A stretch of 32,000 nucleotides of DNA from Erysipelotrichaceae bacterium (GCA_963663995.1 OY760660.1:1800001-1832000); one strand, 5' to 3'. Positions 16,244-26,167 are shown, numbered from the stretch's first letter. The notes: a model not told the origin generated them from the letters alone. Numbers and translations are program-made.

Positions 16244-16252
16244 TTGACGTCA

Positions 16253-16288
16253 AGAAGGACCTAAAAAGGTCCTTCTCTTATGTTTTAA
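16253..16288 (+). terminator. Rho-independent terminator
   Basis: AGAAGGACC-taaaaa-GGTCCTTCT followed by a T-rich tail. Confidence 0.75.
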
Positions 16289-16378
16289 TAACAAAATGAT
16301 TAAAATACTTGATATTATGTATTAATAGTATTACTATATGTATGAAATATATTACATATTGTAAAAGGAGATTGTCTT

Positions 16379-16864
16379 ATGTCTTATCAAGAAAAGAAAA
16401 GAGGCGCCAATTTAGGATTAGCCTTAGTTATTTTATTAGCTTATTGTTTTAAAGTCTATAGATTAGTTCAAGCAAATGCTTATGATTTAAATAATCTACA
16501 AGCAACAGCGACGTTGATGTTGAAGTATATTGGAGTAAGTATTGTCGCTACAATTATTCTACAAATTTCTTTCCATATTTTGTATTCAGTGTTTTACGCA
16601 CTAAAGAACAGAGATTTAGGGAAAGAAGATATCGAAAAAGGAATTAATGCAGAATTCGTAGAGGATGAAAGAGATCAGTTAATTGAACTAAAATCATCAC
16701 GAGTTGGTTGGTGGATTGCAGGTGGAGGTTTCTTTATTGGTATAATTCTAGCTGCCTTTAACTATCCAGTCGCAATCATGTTGAATATTACTTATATTGC
16801 TTATAGTATTGGATCATTATCCGAAGAAGCGGTAAGTCTATACTTCTATCGTAAAGGACTCTAG
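16379..16864 (+). CDS. Four-TM membrane protein of unknown function, partner of the downstream XRE regulator
   Basis: Four hydrophobic helices and a charged central loop (EDIEKGINAEFVEDERDQLIELK). AAAGGAG RBS. The next gene starts 3 nt after its stop. Confidence 0.7.
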   Translation: MSYQEKKRGANLGLALVILLAYCFKVYRLVQANAYDLNNLQATATLMLKYIGVSIVATIILQISFHILYSVFYALKNRDLGKEDIEKGINAEFVEDERDQLIELKSSRVGWWIAGGGFFIGIILAAFNYPVAIMLNITYIAYSIGSLSEEAVSLYFYRKGL

Positions 16865-16867
16865 TTT

Positions 16868-17095
16868 ATGGGCAAGAAATTAAAACTAAACAATAATGTC
16901 AGAACCCTCAGATTCTTTGCAAATGAAATGACACAACAAGAACTAGCTGATCGAGCAGGCGTATCTCGACAAACAGTTGTTGCGATTGAAGCAAATAAAT
17001 ACTCACCTAGTTTGGAGTTAGCCTTTAGAATCGCTGAAGTCTTTAATGTTAACATCAATGAAGTCTTTGGTTTTGAAAGTGAAGAGAACAGTTAA
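16868..17095 (+). CDS. XRE-family helix-turn-helix transcriptional regulator (short, YozG-like)
   Basis: MTQQELADRAGVSRQTVVAIEANKYSPSLELAFRIAEVFNV is a canonical Cro/C1 HTH. Confidence 0.88.
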   Translation: MGKKLKLNNNVRTLRFFANEMTQQELADRAGVSRQTVVAIEANKYSPSLELAFRIAEVFNVNINEVFGFESEENS

Positions 17096-17109
17096 ACTGT
17101 TCTTTTTTG
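17085..17109 (+). terminator. Rho-independent terminator
   Basis: GAACAGT-taa-ACTGTTC followed by T6. The stop codon sits in the loop. Confidence 0.65.
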
Positions 17110-17135
17110 TGATAACCTAGTATTTAAGAGGTTTA

Positions 17136-17609
17136 ATGATGGCGTTAATAGAAGCAAAAAAATATTTAAAACAATTTGGATTAGATGAAGAAGTCTTAGA
17201 GTTTGATGTATCAAGTGCAACTGTCGATGATGCGGCTAAAGCATTGAATACTGATGGGAAACACATTGCGAAAACACTCGCATTTAGACATGAGGATGGA
17301 CCAATCCTTATTTTAGCCGCAGGGGATGCGAAAGTGGATAATGCGAAGTTTAAACAGCAATTTCAAATGAAGGCTAGAATGATGTCACCTGAGGAGTTAA
17401 TTGCAGATGTAGGTCATGCGATGGGAGGTGTGTGTCCTTTTGGAGTTAAAGAAGGATGTCAGGTTTATCTTGATGTCTCTATGAAACGATTTGAGCATGT
17501 ATTTCCAGCAGTAGGTTCATCCAATTCAGCGATTAAAATGGATTTAAATACTTTAGAGAAAACTTCTCAATCAAAAGCATGGATTGATGTTTGTAAGTCT
17601 TGGGAATAA
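17136..17609 (+). CDS. YbaK/EbsC/ProX-type aminoacyl-tRNA deacylase domain protein
   Basis: HIAKTLAFR...ILILAAGDAKVDNAKFK...GHAMGGVCPFG pattern of the YbaK family. Confidence 0.8.
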   Translation: MMALIEAKKYLKQFGLDEEVLEFDVSSATVDDAAKALNTDGKHIAKTLAFRHEDGPILILAAGDAKVDNAKFKQQFQMKARMMSPEELIADVGHAMGGVCPFGVKEGCQVYLDVSMKRFEHVFPAVGSSNSAIKMDLNTLEKTSQSKAWIDVCKSWE

Positions 17610-17631
17610 AAAGCGGAAACGCTTTTTTTTC
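17609..17631 (+). terminator. Rho-independent terminator
   Basis: AAGCG-gaaa-CGCTT followed by T8. Confidence 0.7.
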
Positions 17632-17660
17632 GTTATAATAGAAGTAAGAAGAAAGAAGGC

Positions 17661-18560
17661 ATGATTATGGCGATCATCGCTATCGATGTTGGTGGTACAA
17701 AATCACGTTTTGCGCTCTATGACTTAGAAGGGCGTCTTTTAATCGGCTTTGAAGGACCAAGTCTACATCCTTTACAAGTAGGTTATCAAGAAATGTCAAA
17801 AGGTTTAAGACAGGGTGTTGATGAAATAATTGATAAGCACCCAAGTAAACTTGAAATGATTTCATTTGGGTTGGCCGGTTATGGACAAGATAAAACGGTT
17901 CGTCTTGAAATTGAAAAAGCGATTAAACTGTTATTTAAAGAAAAGTTCATTATTCATAATGATGTTGAATGCGCGCTAATGGCAGCTCTTCAACAGACAG
18001 ATGGAATAATGTTAGTGGCTGGAACAGGTTCAATAGGATTAAGAAGTCATAATCATATAACTGAAAGATCAGGTGGTTGGGGATATCTTATAGGTGATGA
18101 AGGATCTGCCTATTGGATTGGTAGAAGTGTATTATCACATTTCAGTAAAATGGCTGACGGACGATTAGAAAAAACAGAATTATATGATGTGGTGATGGAT
18201 GCATTAGTCTTAGATGAACCAAGTGAAATAATTTCTCATCTTTATAAACATCCCAATCCTAAATTAGCTATCGCATCTCTATCAAAAGCAGCCTACCTAG
18301 CTTGTGAGAAGGGTGATACCTATGCGAACAATATCTTTGAAGATGCAGCTTATGAATTAGCGCAATTAGTTAAATCATTAGCCTATGATAATCCATCTAG
18401 TATTCCTGTTCGCTGTATTGGAGGAGTTTTTGAGGCCGGTGAAATAATTTTAGATCCACTTAAGAAACATCTAGGTGATCAATATAAAGTTGAATTGAGT
18501 GATAATCCTCCTCTTTATGGAGCTTATTTATTCGCAAAATTAGAAGGGGAAAAAGAATAA
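17661..18560 (+). CDS. BadF/BadG/BcrA/BcrD-type ATPase (N-acetylglucosamine-kinase-like sugar kinase)
   Basis: AIDVGGTKSRFALYD, LVAGTGSIG and GGWGYLIGDEGSAYWIG motifs. Confidence 0.82.
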   Translation: MIMAIIAIDVGGTKSRFALYDLEGRLLIGFEGPSLHPLQVGYQEMSKGLRQGVDEIIDKHPSKLEMISFGLAGYGQDKTVRLEIEKAIKLLFKEKFIIHNDVECALMAALQQTDGIMLVAGTGSIGLRSHNHITERSGGWGYLIGDEGSAYWIGRSVLSHFSKMADGRLEKTELYDVVMDALVLDEPSEIISHLYKHPNPKLAIASLSKAAYLACEKGDTYANNIFEDAAYELAQLVKSLAYDNPSSIPVRCIGGVFEAGEIILDPLKKHLGDQYKVELSDNPPLYGAYLFAKLEGEKE

Positions 18561-19465
18561 TGAGAATTGGAATTGTCGGATGTGGTAGTATTGCGCAAAG
18601 AGCTTACTTGCCAGTATTAACGCAAAGAGCAGACGTAGATTTAATTTTATGCACAAGAAATGATGAAACACTCAATCAATTAAAGGCTCAGTACCATTTA
18701 ACTGAGGGTGTTAAAACCATAGAAGAATTGATTGATCTAAAACCAACTGCAATTTTTCTTTCTGCCGCGACAGAAGCACATTATGTTTTAGCAAAGAAAG
18801 TTTTAGATGCAAAAATTGCTTTATACATCGATAAACCAATTTCTATGAATTTAGATGAAGTCAAAGATCTATCCGCACTAGCGAAGAAAAATAATATTAT
18901 TTTTATGACTGGATTTAATCGACGCTACGTACCGATTGTTAAAGAGGTTCATGATAAAGGTGTACCAGACATTGTTATCTATCAAAAGAATCGACATTTA
19001 AAAGCTGATACAGCTCGTAGATTTTTAGTTGAAGATTTTATTCACGTGATTGATACTTCACGTTATTTGCTTCAAGCAGAAGTTAAAGATATTCGTGTTC
19101 ACTATAAGCTTGAGGATAAGAAGTTAGCTCATGTAGTGATACATTTAATAACCGATGTTAATTCTGCAGTTTGTATAACTAACTATTTAAATGGTTGCAC
19201 AGAAGAAATAATTGATGTGATGCATAAATATGAAAAGTCAGTCGTAAAGAATCTAGCGGAGCTAGAATGGTATATCGATGATGAAAAACATCTTGCTTTA
19301 CCTAAAGACTGGCAACCTACCTTAAAAAAACGTGGCTTTGAAGATTTAATTGAAGACTTTATCCAAGGACTTAGAAATAATCAACAAACAATTAGTATTG
19401 ATGATGCGTATCGAAGTCATGAAATCTGTGATTACATTGCGAAAGAAATAGAAAAAACGCTCTAG
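18560..19465 (+). CDS. Gfo/Idh/MocA family oxidoreductase
   Basis: RIGIVGCGSIAQRAYLPVL Rossmann motif and the YIDKPIS motif. Start/stop overlap (TAATG) with the kinase gene. Confidence 0.85.
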   Translation: MRIGIVGCGSIAQRAYLPVLTQRADVDLILCTRNDETLNQLKAQYHLTEGVKTIEELIDLKPTAIFLSAATEAHYVLAKKVLDAKIALYIDKPISMNLDEVKDLSALAKKNNIIFMTGFNRRYVPIVKEVHDKGVPDIVIYQKNRHLKADTARRFLVEDFIHVIDTSRYLLQAEVKDIRVHYKLEDKKLAHVVIHLITDVNSAVCITNYLNGCTEEIIDVMHKYEKSVVKNLAELEWYIDDEKHLALPKDWQPTLKKRGFEDLIEDFIQGLRNNQQTISIDDAYRSHEICDYIAKEIEKTL

Positions 19466-19487
19466 TATTTTAGAGCGTTTATTTTTT
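19455..19487. terminator. Bidirectional terminator between the convergent genes
   Basis: AAACGCTCTA-gtattt-TAGAGCGTTT followed by ATTTTTT. Confidence 0.8.
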
Positions 19488-20307
19488 AACCAATAAAAAC
19501 TAATAAAACAACAACTAGTAGCGCTAAGGCGATACGATAATAAGCAAAGATGGTGAAACTATGTTTCTTAACAAAATTCATAAGTACTTTAATGGCAATC
19601 ACAGAAACAATAAATGAAACAACGAAGCCTAAGCCTAACATCAACCATTCATTTTGATTCCAATTAAAGCCAGCTTTAAGAAATTTAACCATTCCATATC
19701 CTAGAAGAACAGGGATAGACATAAAGAATGAGAATTCAGCCGCAACTGTGCGGGAACATCCTAACCACAGTGCACCAATAATGGTTGAACCAGAACGTGA
19801 GGTACCTGGTATGATTGCGAAAGTTTGAAATACACCAATCAAGAATGCTTCCTTATAGCCAATATCTGTGATTTTGGTGATGGTTGGTTCAATGTTGCGA
19901 CGTTCAATGTAAATGAATAAAAGCCCATAAAGAACGAGTGTGAATGCGATAACCTCAGGTTTAAATAAATATAAATCTACGATATCGTCAAACATGAAGC
20001 CAATAACTGCTGCTGGAAATGAAGCAACTGCAATTTTTATCCAAAGCACAAATGATTTTTGGCGATGTTGAGGGGTGTGTGATGGATGATATGGGTTCAG
20101 TATTTTTATAAAAATAAGAATAACCGCTAACACTGAACCAATCTGAATAAAGATAAAAAATAAATTGTTGAATTGAGTAGAAAACTCTAGTGGGAACCAA
20201 TGTTCAAAAAGAATTAAGTGACCCGTCGATGATATGGGTAACCATTCAGTAATCCCTTGGATAATACCGAGTAAAATGACTTTTAAAGTTTCTGGTGAAT
20301 CAAACAT
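19486..20307 (-). CDS. uppP: Undecaprenyl-diphosphate phosphatase
   Basis: GIIQGITEWLPISSTGHLIL and IPGTSRSGSTI motifs, eight TM helices, AGGAG RBS. Confidence 0.93.
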   Translation of the reverse strand: MFDSPETLKVILLGIIQGITEWLPISSTGHLILFEHWFPLEFSTQFNNLFFIFIQIGSVLAVILIFIKILNPYHPSHTPQHRQKSFVLWIKIAVASFPAAVIGFMFDDIVDLYLFKPEVIAFTLVLYGLLFIYIERRNIEPTITKITDIGYKEAFLIGVFQTFAIIPGTSRSGSTIIGALWLGCSRTVAAEFSFFMSIPVLLGYGMVKFLKAGFNWNQNEWLMLGLGFVVSFIVSVIAIKVLMNFVKKHSFTIFAYYRIALALLVVVLLVFIG

Positions 20308-20385
20308 ATTTGGCTCCTATACATGTACTTATTATAACGGTAAAAAACAATAAAGATTAAAAAATTATGTAACATTTTCATAAAT

Positions 20386-20403
20386 TTGTGATATTATTAA
20401 CAA
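20386..20403. promoter_or_regulatory. Candidate Rex (redox repressor) operator upstream of the hydrogenase-like gene
   Basis: TTGTGATATTATTAACAA compared with the consensus TTGTGAA-N4-TTCACAA (Clostridial form TTGTTAA-N4-TTAACAA). Twelve of 14 conserved positions match. It lies 41 nt upstream of the start codon. Confidence 0.45.
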
Positions 20404-20443
20404 GTATTAGTGATAAATTTAACAAATTAAAGGAGATTAAAAA

Positions 20444-21949
20444 ATGAGAGGCGTAGCAACACCGATTACTTTCTTAAGAAGAGAAGTTTTCAAAAATGTA
20501 GCAGATGCATCCTATGAAGGTTGGGATACAGAACAAATTAAGCAAATTCCTTACACAATCATAGAAGGGGACACTCCTAAATATCGTGACTCCATCGAAA
20601 GAGAAAGAAACATTGTTCGTGCACGTGTTCGTTTAGCGATGAACATGGATTTACATGCAGAATGTGGAGATAACTTTGTCGATGATATGAACCTAGAAGA
20701 ATTAGGTTCTCGTAGAGTATCTCAAGATTTGTTAAAAGTTATACCACCTGCCTGTGAAGCCTGTGAAGAAAAAAGTTTCTTCGTCACAAACTCATGTCAT
20801 GGATGTTTAGCTCAACCATGTATCTCTGTTTGCCCAGTAAAGGCTACTAGTATTAAAAATGGTCAATCTTATATTGATCAAGAAGCATGTATTAAATGTG
20901 GGAAATGCTTTGATGTTTGTCCATATGGATCAATTGTTAAGAATGAAAGACCATGTAATGCAGCCTGTGGTGTTGATGCCTTCACAAAAGATGATCAAGA
21001 TCGTGCAGTCATTATTCCAGAGAAATGTGTGGGTTGTGGTCAATGTATGGTTTCATGTCCATTTGGAGCAATTATGGATAAATCTGAAATCTACCAAGTG
21101 GTTGATAGTTTCCGTAATAATGAACAAATCTCAGCAATTATTGCGCCAGCCTTTGTTGGACAATTTGGTGATAAAGTTACACCTGAACAGGTCATTGAAG
21201 GCTTATTCTTACTTGGTTTTACCGAAGTTAAAGAAGTTGCTTATGGCGCAGACGTTACAGCTGTTGATGAAGCAAAACACTATTTAAAACATGTACCACT
21301 CGATCAACCATTCCTTGCAACATCATGTTGCCCTGCATGGTTACTGATGGCAAATAAAGAACTTAAAGAAAAAGCTTACTGTATTTCTCCATCATCATCT
21401 CCGATGATTGAAACAGCTTCAGCTATTCGTAAAAAATATCCAGATACTAAGATTGTTTTCGTTGGACCATGTTCTGCGAAGAAATTAGAAGCAACATTTG
21501 CTGATGTATCTAAATCTGTTGATTATGTATTAACTTTTGAAGAAGTGAATGCAATGTTCCATTCACGTGGTATCATTTTAGAAGACTTAGTCGTTGTTCA
21601 TGAATTTGGAGATGCTTCATTTGATGGACGTGGATTCGCAATATCAGGTGGAGTTGCGGCAGCTGTTGAAAACGTTATTCGTCGTTTAGATCCTGACCGT
21701 GTGGTTAAGATGGAAAAAGCAGAAACTCTTAAAAACTGTAAGACGATGGTGTTGATGGCAAAAGCTGGTAAACGTGATGGTTATCTCTTAGAAGGTATGG
21801 CATGTCCTGGTGGATGTGTTGGTGGAGCTGGAACCATTGTTAATCAAACTAAATCAGCACGACAAGTTCAAAACTACTCAAGAAGTTCTGAAAAATCAAC
21901 AGCTTTAAAAACGGTTGAATCATTCAATATTGACGCTACAAAATTCTAA
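20444..21949 (+). CDS. [FeFe]-hydrogenase-like protein (ferredoxin-type 4Fe-4S clusters + H-cluster domain; monomeric, group-B-like architecture)
   Basis: CIKCGKCFDVCP and CVGCGQCMVSCP clusters plus extra N-terminal Cys motifs. The H-cluster signatures are TSCCPAW, GPCSAKKLE and EGMACPGGCVGGAG. AAAGGAG RBS. Confidence 0.85.
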   Translation: MRGVATPITFLRREVFKNVADASYEGWDTEQIKQIPYTIIEGDTPKYRDSIERERNIVRARVRLAMNMDLHAECGDNFVDDMNLEELGSRRVSQDLLKVIPPACEACEEKSFFVTNSCHGCLAQPCISVCPVKATSIKNGQSYIDQEACIKCGKCFDVCPYGSIVKNERPCNAACGVDAFTKDDQDRAVIIPEKCVGCGQCMVSCPFGAIMDKSEIYQVVDSFRNNEQISAIIAPAFVGQFGDKVTPEQVIEGLFLLGFTEVKEVAYGADVTAVDEAKHYLKHVPLDQPFLATSCCPAWLLMANKELKEKAYCISPSSSPMIETASAIRKKYPDTKIVFVGPCSAKKLEATFADVSKSVDYVLTFEEVNAMFHSRGIILEDLVVVHEFGDASFDGRGFAISGGVAAAVENVIRRLDPDRVVKMEKAETLKNCKTMVLMAKAGKRDGYLLEGMACPGGCVGGAGTIVNQTKSARQVQNYSRSSEKSTALKTVESFNIDATKF

Positions 21950-21951
21950 AT

Positions 21952-22869
21952 ATGATTTTAATTACTGAAACAGAAACATTATCAAAAAGCTTTAGAGAAG
22001 AGTTAGATAAACTCAATCTTAATTATGATGTTTTTGAATCAGAGGATGATGTCGTTGATTGTGCAAAATATGATATTGTCTTTGGTGGTTTAATTGTTAA
22101 ACACAAAGGCTTAGAAGCTTTTAAAAATGTTAAGTGGATACAAGTTTCTTCAGCGGGCTATAATCATCTACCCATTGATTTGTGGAAAGACAATGGTATT
22201 CTTGTGTCGAATGCCAAAGATGTCTTCTCAGATCCAATAGCTGAACATGTTATCTTCTATACACTGATGTTTTATAAAAAAGGTTTAGATCACTTAAAAC
22301 TACAAGAAAACAAAATTTTTACTCGCTTAAATAATAAAGAATTAGAAGATGAAGTAGTGTGTATTTTAGGGACGGGATCCATTGCTTCAGCCATCGCAAA
22401 AAGATTCAAAGCATTTAATGTTAAAACCATTGGCATCAATACCACTGGTAGAATTGTTGAGCATTTCGATGAATGCTATGCAATAAAAGATTTAAAAATA
22501 GTTCTTTCAAAAAGTGATATTGTTGTAATGACTTTACCACTGAATGATAGTACCCGCTATTTCTATGATGAAACTTATTTTCAATCAATGAAGAAAGGTT
22601 CGATATTTATTAATATTGGACGAGGACGAGTTATTGATGAAAGGACGCTAGTTAAAGCTTTAGAGAATGAACACCTAGCTTATGCAGTTCTTGATGTGAT
22701 GGAAACAGAACCATTACCTAAAGAAAGTACTCTTTGGAATGCTAAAAATTTATTGATTACACCACATGATTCTGGTGTTTCATCAAAGACAGGCATTAGG
22801 TTAATCAAACTATTTATTGAGAATATCAAAGCATATCGAACAAACAAACCACTTAAACATCTTGTTTAG
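21952..22869 (+). CDS. D-isomer-specific 2-hydroxyacid dehydrogenase family, NAD-binding
   Basis: GTGSIASAIAKR, IGRGRVIDERTLVKAL, LDVMETEPLP and TPH motifs. It starts 2 nt after the hydrogenase stop. Confidence 0.85.
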   Translation: MILITETETLSKSFREELDKLNLNYDVFESEDDVVDCAKYDIVFGGLIVKHKGLEAFKNVKWIQVSSAGYNHLPIDLWKDNGILVSNAKDVFSDPIAEHVIFYTLMFYKKGLDHLKLQENKIFTRLNNKELEDEVVCILGTGSIASAIAKRFKAFNVKTIGINTTGRIVEHFDECYAIKDLKIVLSKSDIVVMTLPLNDSTRYFYDETYFQSMKKGSIFINIGRGRVIDERTLVKALENEHLAYAVLDVMETEPLPKESTLWNAKNLLITPHDSGVSSKTGIRLIKLFIENIKAYRTNKPLKHLV

Positions 22870-22957
22870 TGGTTTTTTAGTTAAACTGTCACATATGTGT
22901 GGATGACCTTTTTCGCTTTATAAGTTAAAATAGAAACATACGTGGAGGTTTTTTAAT

Positions 22958-24595
22958 ATGCACATCACGCATCCAATTCATGTTACAGGGCATAAAAACC
23001 CTGATACAGATTCTATTGTTGCGGCCATTTCTTACGCTGAACTTAAGCGCACATTAGGCTATGAATCAATCGCATGTCGCTTAGGTGAAATAAATCATGA
23101 AACGGAGTATGTCTTAAAACGATTTGGTTTTGAAAAGCCAATTATTTTAGATGATGCTCGTATGCAAATAAGTGAAATTGATATTGATGACCCTGTCATG
23201 ATCAATGAAGAAACAACTATTTTTGATGCTTGGCAGTTATTTTTAAAACATAAGAAAGCATTATGTGTCGTCAAAGAAAATAATGAATTAATTGGCTTAT
23301 TATCAAGTTCAGATGTTTCAAAAGTTGCAATGGGCGATACGGCTAGATCAATTGAGCTCTTAGCTAAAACACCTATAGAATATGTTGCGAAAACAATTAA
23401 TGGTGAAATCATTTACCGACCAGAGAAAACAAGATTAAACGGGAAAGTTAGTATTGTAGCGGTAGCTGAACAAAAACTCAATAATTACGAACTTAAAGAT
23501 CGTTTAGTCATTGTTGGAAATGATCGCGAGGCACAGCTACAAGCGATTGAAAAAGATGCAGCATGTCTTGTGATTGTATGGGCTGATAAAGTTCAATCAT
23601 TAGTCATTGAAGTTGCTAAATCGCATAATTGTGCCATTATCTTATCTGGCCATGGGACATTAAATACATCCCGGTATATATACTATTCAACACCGATTAA
23701 ATATATTATGAACACAGACTTAATCACCTTTGATAAGTCAGAATATGTGGATGATGCTTTAAATAAAATTATGAAAACTCGATTCAGAACTTATCCTGTT
23801 ACCGATGATCATGGCGTTATTTATGGCTTAATTTCCCGTTATCATTTACTAAATGCACGTAAGAAAAAACTAATTTTAGTAGATCATAATGAAATCTCTC
23901 AATCAGTTGATGGTTTGCTTGAAGCTGAAATATTAGAAGTGGTTGATCATCATCGTATTGGTGATATTCAAACCAATCAACCCATTAATTTTAGAAATCA
24001 AATCGTTGGATCATCTAATACGATTATTGCGAATTTGTATTTTGAAAATCGTGTAGAACCTAGTCCTGAAATTGCTGGATTAATGTGTGCTGCAATTATT
24101 TCAGATACACTGAATTTCAAATCACCAACAACAACAGCTGTTGATATTGAAACAGCAGACTATTTATCTGAAATAGCAAATGTAGATAAAGAAGAACTAG
24201 CTCGTGAGATTTTCACAATTGGATCTGGTCTACAGACAAAAACACCACTGGATATTATTGAGAATGACATAAAAGAATTCGCCATGGGTAAATATCGAGT
24301 TATGGTTGGTCAAATAAGCTTATATGATTTAGACCAAGTTGTTGATATTAGAGAAGATTTAGAAGCAGAAATGAATAAGTACGTTTTAGATAAACGAATC
24401 GATGTATTAATGCTTATTTTTACTAATCTTGAATATCATGGTTCAGCTATTTTATCGACTGGAAAAGAAAACTGGATTGTTGAAGATGCCTATCCAGAAG
24501 CTAATCAAAAAGAATTACATTTAGTTGATAACTTAATGTCTAGAAAGAAACAAGTCATTCCAAGACTTTCAAGTGTGGTAGAAGGTCATGAATAA
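22958..24595 (+). CDS. ppaC: CBS-domain-containing family II (DHH/DHHA2) inorganic pyrophosphatase
   Basis: HKNPDTDSIVAA (DHH motif I), an inserted CBS-DRTGG-CBS region, LVDHNE, VVDHHRIG and a DHHA2 C-terminus. Confidence 0.82.
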   Translation: MHITHPIHVTGHKNPDTDSIVAAISYAELKRTLGYESIACRLGEINHETEYVLKRFGFEKPIILDDARMQISEIDIDDPVMINEETTIFDAWQLFLKHKKALCVVKENNELIGLLSSSDVSKVAMGDTARSIELLAKTPIEYVAKTINGEIIYRPEKTRLNGKVSIVAVAEQKLNNYELKDRLVIVGNDREAQLQAIEKDAACLVIVWADKVQSLVIEVAKSHNCAIILSGHGTLNTSRYIYYSTPIKYIMNTDLITFDKSEYVDDALNKIMKTRFRTYPVTDDHGVIYGLISRYHLLNARKKKLILVDHNEISQSVDGLLEAEILEVVDHHRIGDIQTNQPINFRNQIVGSSNTIIANLYFENRVEPSPEIAGLMCAAIISDTLNFKSPTTTAVDIETADYLSEIANVDKEELAREIFTIGSGLQTKTPLDIIENDIKEFAMGKYRVMVGQISLYDLDQVVDIREDLEAEMNKYVLDKRIDVLMLIFTNLEYHGSAILSTGKENWIVEDAYPEANQKELHLVDNLMSRKKQVIPRLSSVVEGHE

Positions 24596-25574
24596 ATTAA
24601 GAATTGTAAGCGTTGGTACATCAATGATTACAGGTTTAGCGTTAGATGCCTTTAATCAAATTGAAGATTATGAAATTGTTGGGATTTACTCACGCAAAAA
24701 AGAAAGTGCAGTTGATTTTGCACAAAAATTTAATGTTTCAAGAATCATTACAGATTTCGATGAATTAAAAAATGATAAAACCATTGATGTTGTTTATGTG
24801 GCATCACCAAATGGTCTACACTTTCAACAAAGCCTGGAACTGATTGAAGCTGGTAAACATGTTATTACTGAAAAGCCTTTTGTGGCTAATTTAAAAGAAT
24901 ATAGCATTTTAGTACAAGCTGCACATGATTCAAAACGTTTTTGTTTTGATGCAATTATGCCTTTGCATTTACCAAACTTTAAAGCTTTAGAAGCCGCTGT
25001 AGAAAAAATTAAACCAGTCCATATGATGACGACTTCCCAAGTCCAATATTCATCACGTTATGATGCACTATTAGCGGGTAATGTCGCGAATATATTTAAT
25101 CCAAATATGGCTGGTGGAGCGCTCATGGATTTAGGGGTTTATACAATTATTGACGTCGTTGCTTTATTTGGCTTACCAAAAGATGTTGACTATAGTTGTC
25201 GTAAACATGAAAATGGCATAGATTTATCAGGTGTTTTAACTTTAAAATACGATGATATGACTGCAGTTTGTTTGATTGGAAAAGATGCCCAGGCAGTTAA
25301 TAATACAGTTATTATGGGAGAAAAAGGTTCAGTTCTCTGTGAAGGTCCTGCTTCGCTCTTGAAGTCAGTTGTTTTCTCTAATAAAAAAGTAAGTGAAGAT
25401 TTGTCACTGCCTCAAAAACCTAATCAAATGATACACGAAATGCAAGATTTCGCTGATGTGATTAAGTCAAATGACTGGGATCTCTACGATCAATGGATGG
25501 CCATCACAAAGGATGTCTTAACTGTTATTGAAATCGCTAGAGAAAAAATCGGACTTGTATTTCCGAATAACTAA
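24588..25574 (+). CDS. Gfo/Idh/MocA family oxidoreductase
   Basis: N-terminal Rossmann fold, the VITEKPF motif, and an 8-nt overlap with the upstream gene. Confidence 0.82.
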   Translation: MNKLRIVSVGTSMITGLALDAFNQIEDYEIVGIYSRKKESAVDFAQKFNVSRIITDFDELKNDKTIDVVYVASPNGLHFQQSLELIEAGKHVITEKPFVANLKEYSILVQAAHDSKRFCFDAIMPLHLPNFKALEAAVEKIKPVHMMTTSQVQYSSRYDALLAGNVANIFNPNMAGGALMDLGVYTIIDVVALFGLPKDVDYSCRKHENGIDLSGVLTLKYDDMTAVCLIGKDAQAVNNTVIMGEKGSVLCEGPASLLKSVVFSNKKVSEDLSLPQKPNQMIHEMQDFADVIKSNDWDLYDQWMAITKDVLTVIEIAREKIGLVFPNN

Positions 25575-26110
25575 ACTAATTTTATAGAATATAAATCAAT
25601 TGTTTTTGACTCTATTAAATGTCCATCTTGTTTAAGGTGGATATTTTTTATTAAAACATTATCATCCTGAAGTATTTTTACAAGTTCTTCTTCTGTGGTT
25701 GATTCTTTTAAAAACAAATCAGTTGATTTAAGGGATATTGCCTTTTTCATCATAGGTATATAAGGACGGTTATGTTCAATCCAATTTAAGTGATTTAAGT
25801 CATCGACATTAACCCATTTTATTTCTTCATAGATTATTGGGTCAAATTCATTTAATAATTCAACTTTAAACCAATGTAATCTAAAATCACCATGCTGATT
25901 GGAAACGATGTAATGTGTTATATAATCCGCTTGATGTATCATTGCATTGCCTTCTTCTCTAAGTTCACGTTTTAAAGCGTCGATTAAGGATTCACCATTC
26001 TCAACTTTTCCACCTGGACATTCTAAAAAACCTTTAAAAGGTTCAGACCTTCTTTGGCCAATACATATTTTTTGATCTTTTTCGATTAAGGCAATCACAA
26101 CATCAACCAT
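25571..26110 (-). CDS. NUDIX hydrolase (MutT-like) with a C-terminal extension of about 55 aa; start uncertain (26110, 26140 or TTG 26155)
   Basis: Nudix box GGKVENGESLIDALKRELREEG. None of the candidate starts has a clear RBS. Its stop overlaps the convergent gene's stop by 4 nt. Confidence 0.8.
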   Translation of the reverse strand: MVDVVIALIEKDQKICIGQRRSEPFKGFLECPGGKVENGESLIDALKRELREEGNAMIHQADYITHYIVSNQHGDFRLHWFKVELLNEFDPIIYEEIKWVNVDDLNHLNWIEHNRPYIPMMKKAISLKSTDLFLKESTTEEELVKILQDDNVLIKNIHLKQDGHLIESKTIDLYSIKLV

Positions 26111-26167
26111 GGTTAAAGGGTAACATAAGACTTCGCACATGGTACAATAAAACAAAGGAAAATTATA

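Noticed and set aside
4370-22899. Perfect palindromes CTTTCATGAAAG (4370-4381) and CACATATGTG (22890-22899, upstream of the pyrophosphatase gene).
   Set aside because: Palindromes of 10-12 bp are expected by chance several times in 32 kb of AT-rich sequence. They match no known operator consensus.
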